Source: Eledone cirrhosa (taxonomy: Eukaryota). From it: DNA of 64,000 bases. The translations under genes were made by a program, and so were the position numbers. Positions 11,911-24,145 of this stretch are shown piece after piece (the stretch's first letter is position 1; each line of letters starts with the position of its first letter). The notes under the pieces were generated by a model. That model was not told the DNA's origin and searched no databases. It worked only from the letters and a program-made list of their open reading frames with translations. The DNA lies in the NCBI GenBank assembly GCA_964016885.1, contig OZ024743.1, forward strand, positions 72,974,001 through 73,038,000, read 5' to 3'.

Positions 11911-14247
11911 ATGGCAAAGAACTACCGACCCATTGCATGCCAGAACCTGATGTATAAGATGTATACAGCCTGCCTGAACCTATTCCTCCAAGATCACTGT
12001 GAAAATAATAACATCATCACAGATGAACAAGCAGCTGGAAAGAAAGGGGTTTGGGGATGTGCTGAACAACTCCTAATCAACAAAACTGCGATGTCGGAGG
12101 TGCGACAACTTAGGAGGAATATGACTACAGTCTGGCTGGACTACAGGAAAGCTTTCGATTCTGTTCCCCACTCTTGAATGATAGAGGCCCTCCAACTTGC
12201 TAAAGTCCCAGACATTATTGTCAGAGCCATAGAGAGGCTGTCTTCTTCTTGGGCTACTATCCTAAGGTTAAAGACAGACAGGAAGGACTCTATTGTCACT
12301 GATAAAATAAAATATTGCAGGGGTATATTTCAGGGGGACAGTCTCTCTGTGCTATTATTCATCTTGCAATTAAACCCCTTGTCCTTTCTGCTCAAGAAAT
12401 GTGAGGGATACATCATTGGCTCACAGGAGGACAGAAATACGAACCTAACCCATAACTTCTTTGTGGACGATCTGAAACTCTATGCCAAGAACATGGATGG
12501 GATGAAGACAAATCTTGACCAGGTTACAACGTTCTCAAAGGATATAGGAATGGAGTTTGGCCAAGATAAATGCTCATACATGACTGTAAAGCGGGGAAAA
12601 ACAACAACCCAATCTAGCAACATTGTCATCAATGGCCTAACTGTTTCACCGATATCTGATGAGGATTGCTACAGATACCTGGGGATAGATAAGAACATAT
12701 CCTATAATGGTATCTGTAATAAAGGACGTGTAACCAGGGAATACTACACCCGATTAAGAAAGATCTGGTCATCGGAACTCTCTGCGCAAAACAAAACAGT
12801 GGCTCACAATATGTTTGCTGTGCCTGTCCTAACACCAACGTTAGGAATACTCAATTGGGCGATAGACGAAATCCGAGAAGTTGATGTTGGAACTCGAAAA
12901 ATATTAAACAACACCGGAAACTTCCACATCAACAGTGACATAGACCGCCTTTACTTGAAACGAAAGCAGGGAGGCAGAGGCCTAACATTAGTCCAGACAA
13001 AATTTGAATGTCGCATCATATCTCTCCGACATCTACGAACCTCGAAGCGTAGGAGCCCATTTCTCGAGCAAGTCTATCTGCATGAAACAGATAAGATCAT
13101 GAGAGTTGGGAAGGAACTCCTTGAGAGATATTCCATGTGTGATAATCAAAAACTCAAACCCAGGGATGTCGCTCAGCAGTATCGCAGTGAATCCATGGAT
13201 GAAAAACTGCATGCTTATCGCAAAAAATCATGCATGGATATGTAGCCAGGAAGCTCCAGAGTGGGAGTAATATAGATAAGGAAAGTAGTCTATCTTGGAC
13301 AAACAACCGCTAGATTGGCTCCTACTTTGAAAGATACGCTTTTGCAATCCAAGAACAGGAGATTAACACGAAATACCTGATTCAAAAAAGGGATAGGCAT
13401 GCAGGCAAAACACCTAGATGTGATAACAAGTGCAGACTCTGCAGAACTAACATCGAGGATATCACCCATGTCATCAGCAGCTGTCCAAAGATGTCATCGC
13501 GGTACTATGTACCTATGAGGCATGATGTAGTGGCCAAAAACTGTACAGTGCAGTTCGTAAAAACGATAGCCCCGATAATAAACACATTAAAAGCTACAAC
13601 AATGTGGAAGACATCCATGTACATAATATGAAAGAATACTGGTGGAATGTTCCAGTAAAAACCCCAATAAAATGCAGGCATAACAGACCAGATATTATGA
13701 TATGGGACAGGGAGAAGAAAGCATGCACAGTAGTGGAAATTAGCGGCCCAGCAGATGCCAATATAATGTCAAAGATTAGTGAAAAGGAGAATATTTATGC
13801 AGAACTGGTGAGAAATCTGCACATACTCCACCCTGATTACACCTTCAGATTTATGCATGTGATTATTTGGGCACTGGGGTATGTTAGTAACTGCCTCAGT
13901 ACAAATATTGAGAAGCTAGGCTTCACAGGAACAGAGAGAACACAAATAGTTAGGAAATTACAAGTAGAATCCATTAATGGAACAGTAAAAATATGTAAAA
14001 CATTCCAGAAACTGTGCATCTAATAACTGCATATACACATGTATAGATGCCAAGCATATACACATGCACACATACAACTCAAAACATACGGATCGACACA
14101 TACAATAACATCCATGTCTACACATGCATACATACATATCTACCTAGTTGATGTTGTGTAAATTCCAATGAGAGAGTCTTGTGTCTATGTTAGAAACCGA
14201 CTCTCTCTCTATTGGTAAAACTTTGTGAAATTATAAAACCAGAAGAA
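11911..14247 (+). mobile_element. R4/Dong-clade non-LTR retrotransposon (RT, CCHC knuckle, restriction-like endonuclease), 5'-truncated and inactivated
   Basis: Motifs NYRPIAC, WLDYRKAFDSVPHS(TGA for W), RGIFQGDSLS, FVDDLKLY, YLG, RLYLKRKQGGRGL, then CRLCRTNIEDITHVISSC, RHD, RPDI..E..K..Y. Flanked on both sides by (CATA)n. Confidence 0.9.
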
Positions 14248-14974
14248 CATACATACATACATACATACATACATACATACATACATACATACATACATTC
14301 ATACATACATACATACATACATGCATATGTATATGTGTCTATGTGTGTGCGTGAAAGACTCTTAAACTCAGTAAACTCCAGCTGAGAAGACGTAAGTTCA
14401 ATGCAATACAGTTCTCTTTACATCAATAACTGTGGTATTTCAGCTGTAGCGTCTTCTCTGAAGGCATAAATACGAACAAAAATATCAATTAATTATATGT
14501 ATGACAGTTTACATTGTGATATATAAATATATCTGTTTATTATCTGTATGAAACATACAGGTAAAATGGGAAATTTATGGTTGTAATTGTGATGAAAATT
14601 CTTGTAAACCGTTGATATTATTAGCAATATATACTATATGTGTATATTACCGCGATAGTCGAAATGTTTTAATGATGAAACTAGCTTCAATCCAAACCAA
14701 GAACTACAATGTGTTATTAACTATTTAGATATATAAACGATTTGAATTGCCCGAAAAATCTTAAATGTAAATATATTATCCAGACTTTCAGTTTAGTAAA
14801 ACTCCAATCAAAATCTTTGGCATTCATTCTATAATTGTTGTTTAAGACAGAATATCTGAGTATTTAAAACTATTTTGTCTAGATTTATACTTCACAGTAA
14901 GATAAATAATATCGAATTGTGGTGGATATCACTCCTACCACCACCAGAATCTTATATATGAAATTAGATGGTTT

Positions 14975-15094
14975 CACTTGAGGGATCCACCTGGATTAGT
15001 TAGAGACGGTTGTTTCTGACAAGACCCACTGGAAGGAAAGTTTGATGACTCTGACCCCACGACCCTCTCAGGAATAAGTGGGTCAAGAAGAAGA
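14975..15094 (+). mobile_element. short 3' end of RTE-like LINE (related to 11013-11370)
   Basis: LETVVSDKTHWKESLMTLTPRPSQE* followed by GTGGGTCAAGAAGAAG. Confidence 0.5.
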
Positions 15095-15119
15095 TAACTG
15101 TATATATATATATATATAT

Positions 15120-15795
15120 AGTAGAATGATCGAGAATCGGAATAAACAATATCCGACATGTGTAGCAGAGGGCTCAATAGTTTGGATAAACCAGAGCTAT
15201 AACTATCGTTAAAATACCAACACACAGAGATCATGCCTAAAATCACCCCTGCAGCCGAAAAAGAACGACCAGGAAGACAAAATAAATTAAATGAATGTAA
15301 AAAACTCACCCGGACCCGCTAGAAGGATGTTAAATTCTAGCTTTTGGGGTTTCTGCAATTCCTTAATCAAATCACTATCAGCCCACATAAAAATATATAT
15401 GACTTCTAGTGAGGAGACGAACGAGGAAGAGCTTCTTCAACGAGTTTCCGTTCAAAAATACGGAGGGACCCACAGCCAAAAACGCACATGGTATTCAGCA
15501 AGGGAGGGAACCCCTATATTAGCGAAAGAATTCGGTGATGTGTAATTATTGTAAAAATACAAAGGATCACATATCGAATCAGAGTGCTCAGCAGACGTGT
15601 TAAAATAAACAAGAGCTATTCATCAGTCAATAAGATCAACAAAAAAATCAATAAAATTAACTGGTCAATAGCTAAAGACTGGAGCTAAATACAGTAGAAT
15701 GATCGAGAATCGGAATATCGGCCCAGGAAATCACGATAAACAATATCCGACATGTGTGGCAGAGGGCTCAATAGTTTGGATAAACCAGAGCTATA
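15120..15795. repeat. segment bounded by ~80-100-nt direct repeats
   Basis: AGTAGAATGATCGAGAATCGGAATA..AACAATATCCGACATGTGTRGCAGAGGGCTCAATAGTTTGGATAAACCAGAGCTATA at 15120-15200 and 15692-15795, with (TA)n on both sides. Confidence 0.8.
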
Positions 15796-15894
15796 TATAT
15801 ATATATATATATATATTGTGGTAAAAAGACGGGAGGTTATATCTTCAGGAAAAACGCGCTTCCTCGCGTATAGTTTGCTAAGGTGTTGTAGAAC

Positions 15895-16092
<198 letters not shown>

Positions 16093-16105
16093 TTTATATA
16101 TATAT

Positions 16106-16447
16106 CATGATATTAAATAAAATAAATTGAAACAAATTTATAAAACCATATTTATTTTATTATATATATTTCAAGGGCAACCAAGACAACATTGGTACGC
16201 TTTCATCGGATAAAATAGAAAGGTTGTTTTATAAATAGAGAGGTACCCATGAAAATCATACCTTATCGGTTGGAGGTGAATCTCCAACCGATAAGGTATG
16301 ATTTTCATGGATACCTCTCTATTTATAAAACAAACATTCTATTTCATCTGATGAAAGCGTACCAATGTTGTCTTGGTTGCCCTTGAAATATATATAATAA
16401 AATAAATATGGTTTTATAAATATAGTTTCCATTTATTTAATATCATG
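16106..16447. repeat. long near-perfect palindrome (~170-nt arms, 6-nt loop)
   Basis: Centre CCTTATCGGTTGGAG-GTGAAT-CTCCAACCGATAAGG; arms include TTTCAAGGGCAACCAAGACAACATTGGTACGCTTTCATC and its reverse complement. Confidence 0.9.
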
Positions 16448-16804
16448 GAATATTTACTCCAGTAAACTGTTGAGTGGTCTAAATAAGTTATAAACATTTA
16501 TGTTTGTCGGACTTCCAACAAATTAAATACAACTTCTACTTATATATATATATATATATATGGCCATTATAACCTATGTTTATTTCTCTGGTCTTGATTT
16601 AGTCCATGGAGCGCTTGCCAGCTTAACTCGGATATTGCGTTTCGCTTTGTTTTCGACCACAGCCGAAATTCGATCCTGCTGAAATTATATTTGTATATAT
16701 ATATATAAGAATTAAATCAGTATTAAGCTAGTTGGACCATTATTCAAAAGAGTACTCGATACTTGGGATAGTAGAGTGTGAATATATTAGAAAGTGAAGG
16801 GTTT

Positions 16805-16874
16805 CGACAGCTGTGTTCTTGCCGTTTCAACTGCTATTGAAGTAGCTGCTGAAACGGCAAGAGCTCAGCCGTCG
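16805..16874. repeat. imperfect hairpin related to the 23142 family
   Basis: TCTTGCCGTTTCA...TGAAACGGCAAGAGCTCAGCCGTCG; upstream 16730-16790 resembles 37668-37710. Confidence 0.65.
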
Positions 16875-16923
16875 TGCCACTGACACTTTATAATACACAC
16901 ACACGCACATAGACACACACACA

Positions 16924-17007
<84 letters not shown>

Positions 17008-17897
17008 TTGACTCAAACACACATACATATATATCAAATTAAAAGACCATGTGACGAAAAAAATATAAGCGTCGCACCGTATTTAGGAGGTGGGCGTCCT
17101 CATTGAAATTTCATTTCACGAACATAACTATACGCAAGTGTATGTGTATGTTTGTGTAGACATGTATGTTGATTTCCTTGACGCTACGTTCTATTGGTTG
17201 CTCGTGCATGTACAACCGTGATTTTGTATTTCTTGAAATGAATCTAACATCTTTGTCTTTGTTCAATTTATCTGTGTTAAAACTGTTCATCTACTTCCAT
17301 TGCTAGTAGTGTTACATCACACCTTAGGGTTTTGTTATGATGGGATCAAATTATTTGCATGTATTTCATATTTCTTACAAATCTTTCGTAACAAATTGTA
17401 GATTATATAGAAAAGTACTTATCGTAAGCTTTCAAATAATTCATGTTTATGTATATACTGTTTTATTTTGTTTATTCAAATCAATATCTTCCATATGAAG
17501 CATGTACTTTTATTCATTAGAATCCACAAAAAAATCACTCACAATTCTTTAGATATTTCAAACAGAAAACAATTATCATTCATCCACTATTTCAGATTCT
17601 GAAGTTTATGACATATTGGAAAATGTGATAAAATATAGTGGTTGTTATTGACGTTTACCAAGTTTGGTGATGCGCACAAGTCTGTATGTGGGTGTGTATT
17701 TGGTTGTGGCGAGGGAACGTGTATATACGTGTATGCCTTTTCGGTTTTGTCTCTTCCTGTGTGTCTTTTCGTGCAAATTACAGCACTTTATTTTGGGGGC
17801 TGACAGAAGATAGGGTATATATAACACCTATTTCTTCTCTTCCTCATTACGAGATTCCTCTCTCACTCTTCCCCCCCTATCTATCTCTCTCTCTCTC

Positions 17898-17939
<42 letters not shown>

Positions 17940-17964
17940 TCGCTCTCTCTCTCATTCTCTCTCT

Positions 17965-18089
<125 letters not shown>

Positions 18090-18160
18090 ATAACGATAAC
18101 GATGTTGCTATTATTTTGTATAGACTTAACCAGAAGGTTAAACTCAATGCAAAAGGGTTC

Positions 18161-18244
18161 ATAAAGAATAACCACCACCAAATAGTCGATATGCAAAAAT
18201 ATGTGTTAGTTTGACAGCATATCGACTGTTTGGTGTTTCTTATT

Positions 18245-18250
<6 letters not shown>
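18161..18250. repeat. short inverted repeat abutting (TA)n
   Basis: ATAAAGAATAA..CACCAAATAGTCGATATGC / GCATATCGACTGTTTGGTG..TTATTCTTTAT. Confidence 0.7.
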
Positions 18251-18284
<34 letters not shown>

Positions 18285-19299
18285 GTATGTGTTGGTGTGT
18301 TTGCCCTCATCCCCTGATTTAGGCGTAAGGGCAATCAAATTTCACACGGCTGCCATCCCTTACTAGATTTGAATACCTCCGATTTTTCAAGATAGGGGAA
18401 ATAAATTGAGAAAGAAAGGGTTAGTACGTTATTTATCTCTCCCAAAATGATCAGAAACCCTGCGGACTCAGCACGACTTGAAGTTAAAATTCAGAATATA
18501 GGAATAAAAAAATATTGTAAATATGTGAAGGGTTACAAGCCTGAGTTAAGATCGAGCTTTTGATTGAGGTCACCTTAAGCTTATTTCTAACGTAAACTGC
18601 GTCACCGTTATTATAGTAATGTACAAATTTTCTTTCATCTGAAACTCTCATGAAAATGGCGATACGTCTTGAAGCTCTATTAATGTTATTTTTATGTGAA
18701 TGCAGTTAGTGTTATCATGTTCAGACTTCTCACCAGTGCGCCAAATTCAGAATGTTAATTGATTTGAAAACGTCTTTTTAGAATAACCTAGAAAGAATTA
18801 AGTATTAAAAGCTAGTCAATGTCAGCCGCAACTAAATATTGGAATTTTTAATGTTTTACCATTGACTTCTTTTTGGGAAGAATTAATTATTTTCTTTTGA
18901 TCAGACAATAAATTTTCTCTTAATGAAAGAGAAAACCAATTGGGTTGATCAAACGAAAAGTCACATCGTATTGTTTTATTTTTTTATGTATATATTAGAA
19001 TATAAGTCGGTAATTAAAATTCCTAACGATTCATTAAATATATCTACATAGCTATTAAGTATAGGAATGATAGTAGAAGCTATCTCAGGAAAATAATCAT
19101 TTATCAATGAAATAACAAATAAATAGCATTTGGAATAAACTGTTCTTTTGCATTTTATTTCCATTTTCTTTCGAATCACTTCCATCTCCAAAGATACAAA
19201 ATATTTAAGTGTAAATTGGTTTAAATATTCTTTTAATTTTCCGACTGTAAGGTAGATATGAGTGCAGGAAGATCATATATCCAAACTGTGTCTTTTATT

Positions 19300-21413
19300 C
19301 TCGGTGGAAAATAAAAGTATCTTATGTAGATTCCAATTTGCATGTTATGTGTCAGAGCTATTAAAATAATGTGATATTCCCCTATGTCTCCATTACCTAC
19401 AAAGGTCTATTGTAAACGTATTGATGGTGATTTTGTTGGTAACTATTGTTGCAGCTGTTGAAAGCTTCAGATCAGCTTTTATGAAAGAAATATATGACAT
19501 GCAAGTCCACGGCTGATTTGTCGTTTCCTATAAACCTTCGACGTTTAATTATTTCGTTGACGAGATCCCAATAAAGCCGAAACATATTTTGCATGCCAGT
19601 TTATTTCTTGTAATTTGAATGAGAGTAAAATGATACCTCAGGCGGCGAATTGGCCGTCGGATATAACTTCTTCTTCTTCTTCTTCTTCTTCTTGGAGTCC
19701 TCAAACAAATAATACCAATCCTATACTGCAGTCTACTTTTCCGCCATATCTATTTCTCATTTAACCTATATCACACTCTTCTTCACTGGAAAAAAATAGA
19801 CTGTGTTCAAAGCTTGAGCGTGGATGAACTCCAGCAGATTTTAAATGCACAGGAAAGATTTTACATCATTACAGCCTCTTTATGACTCCACTGATGCAGG
19901 TCTATAAAGTAAAGTTAATTATGCCTACCCTCGGGTCTCCAATAACCATCCCCTCACCACCCGCTTATTAATTTTTCAGATTTTTCCAACTCTCTGTTTT
20001 ATTACCCCCTCCCCACGCATATTAAATTTTTCTTATCGATCTGCGGCGAAATCTTACTTTACGTGGTAGCATTCCTGCGACAATTAATTTTTTTTAGACA
20101 TAATAAACATTATGCATGTCAAAAACGTACATTACTAGAAATCCCATACCTTATAAGATTCCACATCGACAATATAGGAAAGTTACCGATTTTCCTCCCC
20201 CACTTATTCCAACCCACTCCATATTGTTGGGGACCTGAAAGTAAGTTTTTACTTTCTTGAACTGAGAAATTCCAATTAATGTAGACATATTGTAAGCGTC
20301 ATTCAGTACATTTAATTATTTATCTTAACTTATTTTAGTGTGTTTTCTTTTTTTATTGCACTATATAATTGCCTAGATGATGACAGATAAGCTTTATGGT
20401 GTTTAGTATTCAATAATGGGGCAGGATTTCTTTACTGCCCCATTTATGCTGCTTGTTACCACCACGTAAATTCACATTGCGAAATCTTAACCAGATTTAT
20501 TCCAACCCTGAGCATGCAAGAAACTTTTCTAAGATATATTTCATATTTGACACTGAATCGCTGGAGAAAAACCCAAGCAATATGTTGATGGACTAGGAAT
20601 TAAAAATTCCATTAAAATTTCATTGAAACATAGTTAGCAATATTTAAAAGAATTTCTGGGGGAAATCGGACGACAAAGATCTTTAAAAGAATGTGTTTTC
20701 ATGGGATGATGTCATGAATATTTGAATCCAATTCCAATTGACATAAGAAACATTTTAACTCAGCAAACATCATATTACCGTAAGTGGTTTCTCTTGGCAG
20801 AATGCTACATATATTCCTATTATATTATCAAATTTCTATCAGACTGGACACTTGTAATATTTATGAAATTATAGAAAGACATTCTAGCCGGTAATTTAAA
20901 ATGCAGTCTGCAACTCAGTGTTGATTGCTTTTTGAAGGTATTTTAGCTTTCTTTACATGCCAAAGTTCTGTGAAGAAAGCAGAAATATCACAATACTTAT
21001 TTTCTCTCTCCTATCAAACTGCGTCAATATTTGCCATTTCAGTTTTATTTGCAAGTGACGTCTTTGTAGTCAGTTTGTATGTCGTATTAGAGAATTCCCT
21101 AAATATTTAATCCTTATATTTTCTTACTATTTGGTAAGATATACATTTATTATTCTCGCCTCGTTTATATTCGTTTTAGTGACAACATGGATGCAAATAA
21201 TTTGGAAGAGTATTTTCAAATCCATTCCAAACCGTTAATTAGTCCTACACACATTTCAGAGAAGCTTTTCGGGGAGATGTTTACTTTGCGGGAATTTGCT
21301 CCCCAAGATGCTTCAACAATAGCTCCTTCATATGATAAAGCACAAATACGCTATAATCGCACATGTAAAGGACAATGTTTAGGAAGAAAATCGATAGTAG
21401 ATTAATGCAAAAG
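19300..21413 (+). pseudogene. decayed FN3-repeat exon remnants (plus strand)
   Basis: VRAIKIM*YSPMSP (~19350-19395); PIPIDIRNILTQQTS-ITVS(W) (~20730-20790); LDTCNIYEII (~20845-20875); AG...GT-bounded 21180-21413 starting TTWMQIIW. Frameshifts are required. Confidence 0.4.
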
Positions 21414-22414
21414 GTACAGCTATAACTGTAGTTAATGTAAATATCCAAATACTCAGAATTTACCAGACTTGGTCAACAAATTGACTGAATAAGGATATCG
21501 AGGTCACTGGTTAAAAAATAACCCGCTCTCAGTTCCAATCCCACCGAAAACGCCTTTGCATTTCATTCATCCGAGATTGCTAAAAAAAAAGAAAACAGGT
21601 CAGGTTCGTATAAGCCAAAACTGCCGGACTTCAGTTCCAGCAGAATCGATAGAGTGTTAAACAAATTGTTTCACAGCATTTGTCCCATATGTTTTCTTTT
21701 CTTGCCGTTCTGAGTTCAAATATGGCCATGGTTAAATTTGCCTTTCATTTCTTCGATGATGATAAAGCTGTCAAGTACTGTGATCAATCTAATCGTGATC
21801 AGGGGGTGCGAAAGAACATAAAAAAATATTTGTGTGCAATATAAATATATGGAGAAAATAGTACATCGATATGATAACATATTGAATAACTTTTTATCTC
21901 TTCTTTCCCTTATATATATATATATATATATATGCACATATACATGTCTATGTATGTGAATGTGCGTATGGGTATATTTGCATGAATGTATGTATATACG
22001 GGTGTATATGAGGACGTGAGTGTGTGTTTGTGTACGAAAGCGTCAAACAGTCGTCGGCTAAGATGAAATATTGAGTGAAGCTAATCTTTACCGAATTTGG
22101 AGTAATTAGCGTCGTTATATTGGGCATGCTATCTTTGCTATTTCTATTTCCCAATTCATCTCAATAAATACAGCTGCATAAAATATCTTATCAAATATTG
22201 TTGAAAAATATGTCGTGCCTGTAGTATTGTTAATGTTGTTGCTCCGATTCTTTACTTTTTTGTCTAGCGCAAATTTAGATTATGTACGTCGGCATATATA
22301 TTTTATTTGTGTTAGTAGTCAAATGAATTCAAAGATATAATTCTGATGAGAGACTTTCATATATAGCACATCACAAAAATTGGAAGTGACTGGCTCGTAA
22401 TAATATAGATTTAG

Positions 22415-22428
22415 GTTGCTATGGAAAC
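22415..22428. promoter_or_regulatory. RFX X-box-like motif GTTGCTATGGAAAC
   Basis: Matches the X-box consensus, but no promoter context is visible. Confidence 0.2.
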
Positions 22429-22971
22429 AGAATTCTATGGTGGAATGTTTTCTTCTTTATTCTACCAAATCTTACAGATTACATTAGCAGTTCTTTTTAA
22501 ATTAAATTGTATTCATATAATCATTATATAATATTTTACATATCTTGATCTGATATAGTATGTAAAATAAAATATAACGTGTATAAATGGAATTTATGAA
22601 TAAAAATAATAATTGTACATATCAACTTTAAGAAAACACGTTGATGAGGAATAGAAACAGGTGTATATTTTTGTATATTATAGGGAAGTAAAATTGATAC
22701 AAGACATTAAAGATTCTATGAATGCTTAATGTCAGTTATGGCAGTTTTATGTTATTCTTTAGGTATTAATCATATGTCGTATGTCAATATGAAATCAAAG
22801 AATATAGAGGAAAGAAAGACAGGATGAGAAAATATAGAATGAGAGAAAACATGGACTGAGAGTGTGGCTTGCTTCATATATTTCCCAGATGTATGGATAT
22901 TTTACATTTATTAACAGCAAACCTTTTCTCTCTATTTGCATAATGCTGATTCTCATTGCTCAGCTATAATG

Positions 22972-23002
<31 letters not shown>

Positions 23003-23141
23003 AAGTGAAAACCAACAGATGCGTGTGTTTTTAGTGGCAGAATGACCCTCCCAAAGTATAATATATATATATATATATATATATAGTAATAATAATAAAT
23101 TTCAAGACTATTTATTTTAATAAATATATATATATATATAT

Positions 23142-23353
23142 ATAGGAAAGTGTAGGACCCCGACGGCTGAGCTCAAGCCGTTTCGACGGCTAATTCTGGA
23201 CTAAAAATGGATTTTTAGTCCAGAATTAGCCGTCGAAACGGCTTGAGCTCAGTCGTCGGGGTCCTACTCGTTCCTATTACCCACTCTACTACCCTAAGTA
23301 TTGAGTACTTTGGTGCGTTATGGTCCATCTGGTTCCTTACCACATTTCCTTCG

Positions 23354-23356
<3 letters not shown>
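23142..23356 (+). repeat. fold-back element: 57-nt arms (23152-23208/23211-23267) plus unpaired 3' extension, within (TA)n
   Basis: One mismatch between the arms. The right arm reads CCGTC-GAAA-CGGC-TT-GAGCTC. Related copies at 34053-34113 and 37648-37790. Confidence 0.85.
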
Positions 23357-23407
<51 letters not shown>

Positions 23408-23783
23408 ATAACTTAACGGAGCCATAGACTCTCGTTATTCCCTGTAAATTATGTTATATATTGTTATACTTGGTGTTTTTTTTATTATTTCTGGCAATAT
23501 TATTACAATATGACCCTCCCCAAGTATAACAATATTTGTTTCGACACTCGATTTCATATAAAAATACTCGCAAAACAAATTTATCGCCGTTATATATATA
23601 TGTATATATAGATATATATATTGTTATACTTTGGGAGGGTCATGTTGCCAATAAGAAACACACGCACCAGTTGCTTTCACTCCAATTTATTATATATTTA
23701 TAAATTTATAAATTTACAAATTTACAAACTTATAAATTTCTGGTTGGTTGGTTGGTTCCACAACCAGATAGTTGTTTATATAT

Positions 23784-23828
23784 AGTCATAGTCCTTTCGT
23801 CACACACTCTGTGACCTCTTCAGTGACT
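23784..23828 (-). ncRNA. minimal type I hammerhead ribozyme in PLE 3' pLTR
   Basis: AGTCA-CTGAAGA-G-GTCACA-GAGTG-TGTGAC-GAAA-GGAC-TA-TGACT, in the same sense as the ORF. Confidence 0.8.
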
Positions 23829-24145
23829 GGGGATTCCTTTCTTCATTTATGTGCCTTTCCTTTCTTCTATCCTACGCCATTTTGTTTCTGTGTGTGTGTT
23901 GTGTGCTCAGTTTGCGCATGCGCCACATCCGGGTGTCTGTGTGGGTTTGTGTTCATTTATCTATTTGTTTATTTATTTATTTATTTATTGTTGGTTGGTT
24001 GTTTGTTCTATGTGTGTGTGTGTTTTCATTTTGTCCTGTGTGTGTTTTTTTTTGTCCTGTGTGTGTTTTCATTTTGTGTGTGTTTTCATTTTGTCCTTAA
24101 TTGTAAGTTGTTTGTTCTATGTGTGTGTGTGTTTTCATTTTGTCC

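Noticed and set aside
12175-12177. Programmed readthrough of TGA in the R4 RT
   Set aside because: It replaces the conserved Trp of PHSW (TGG to TGA) and other lesions exist, so this is ordinary decay.
15035-15098. Hammerhead-like TTGATGA...GAAG
   Set aside because: The core is incomplete and the segment is explained as an RTE-like 3' end homologous to 11013-11200.
20545-20680. Polinton polB motif (EKNP...NFWGK)
   Set aside because: Spacing is too long, stops intervene and no other polB motifs are present; neighbouring sequence fits FN3 remnants better.
22340-22365. Isolated CTGATGA cores (also ~378, 2706, 6271, 12656)
   Set aside because: No helix II/GAAA arrangement, or they lie inside RT coding sequence.
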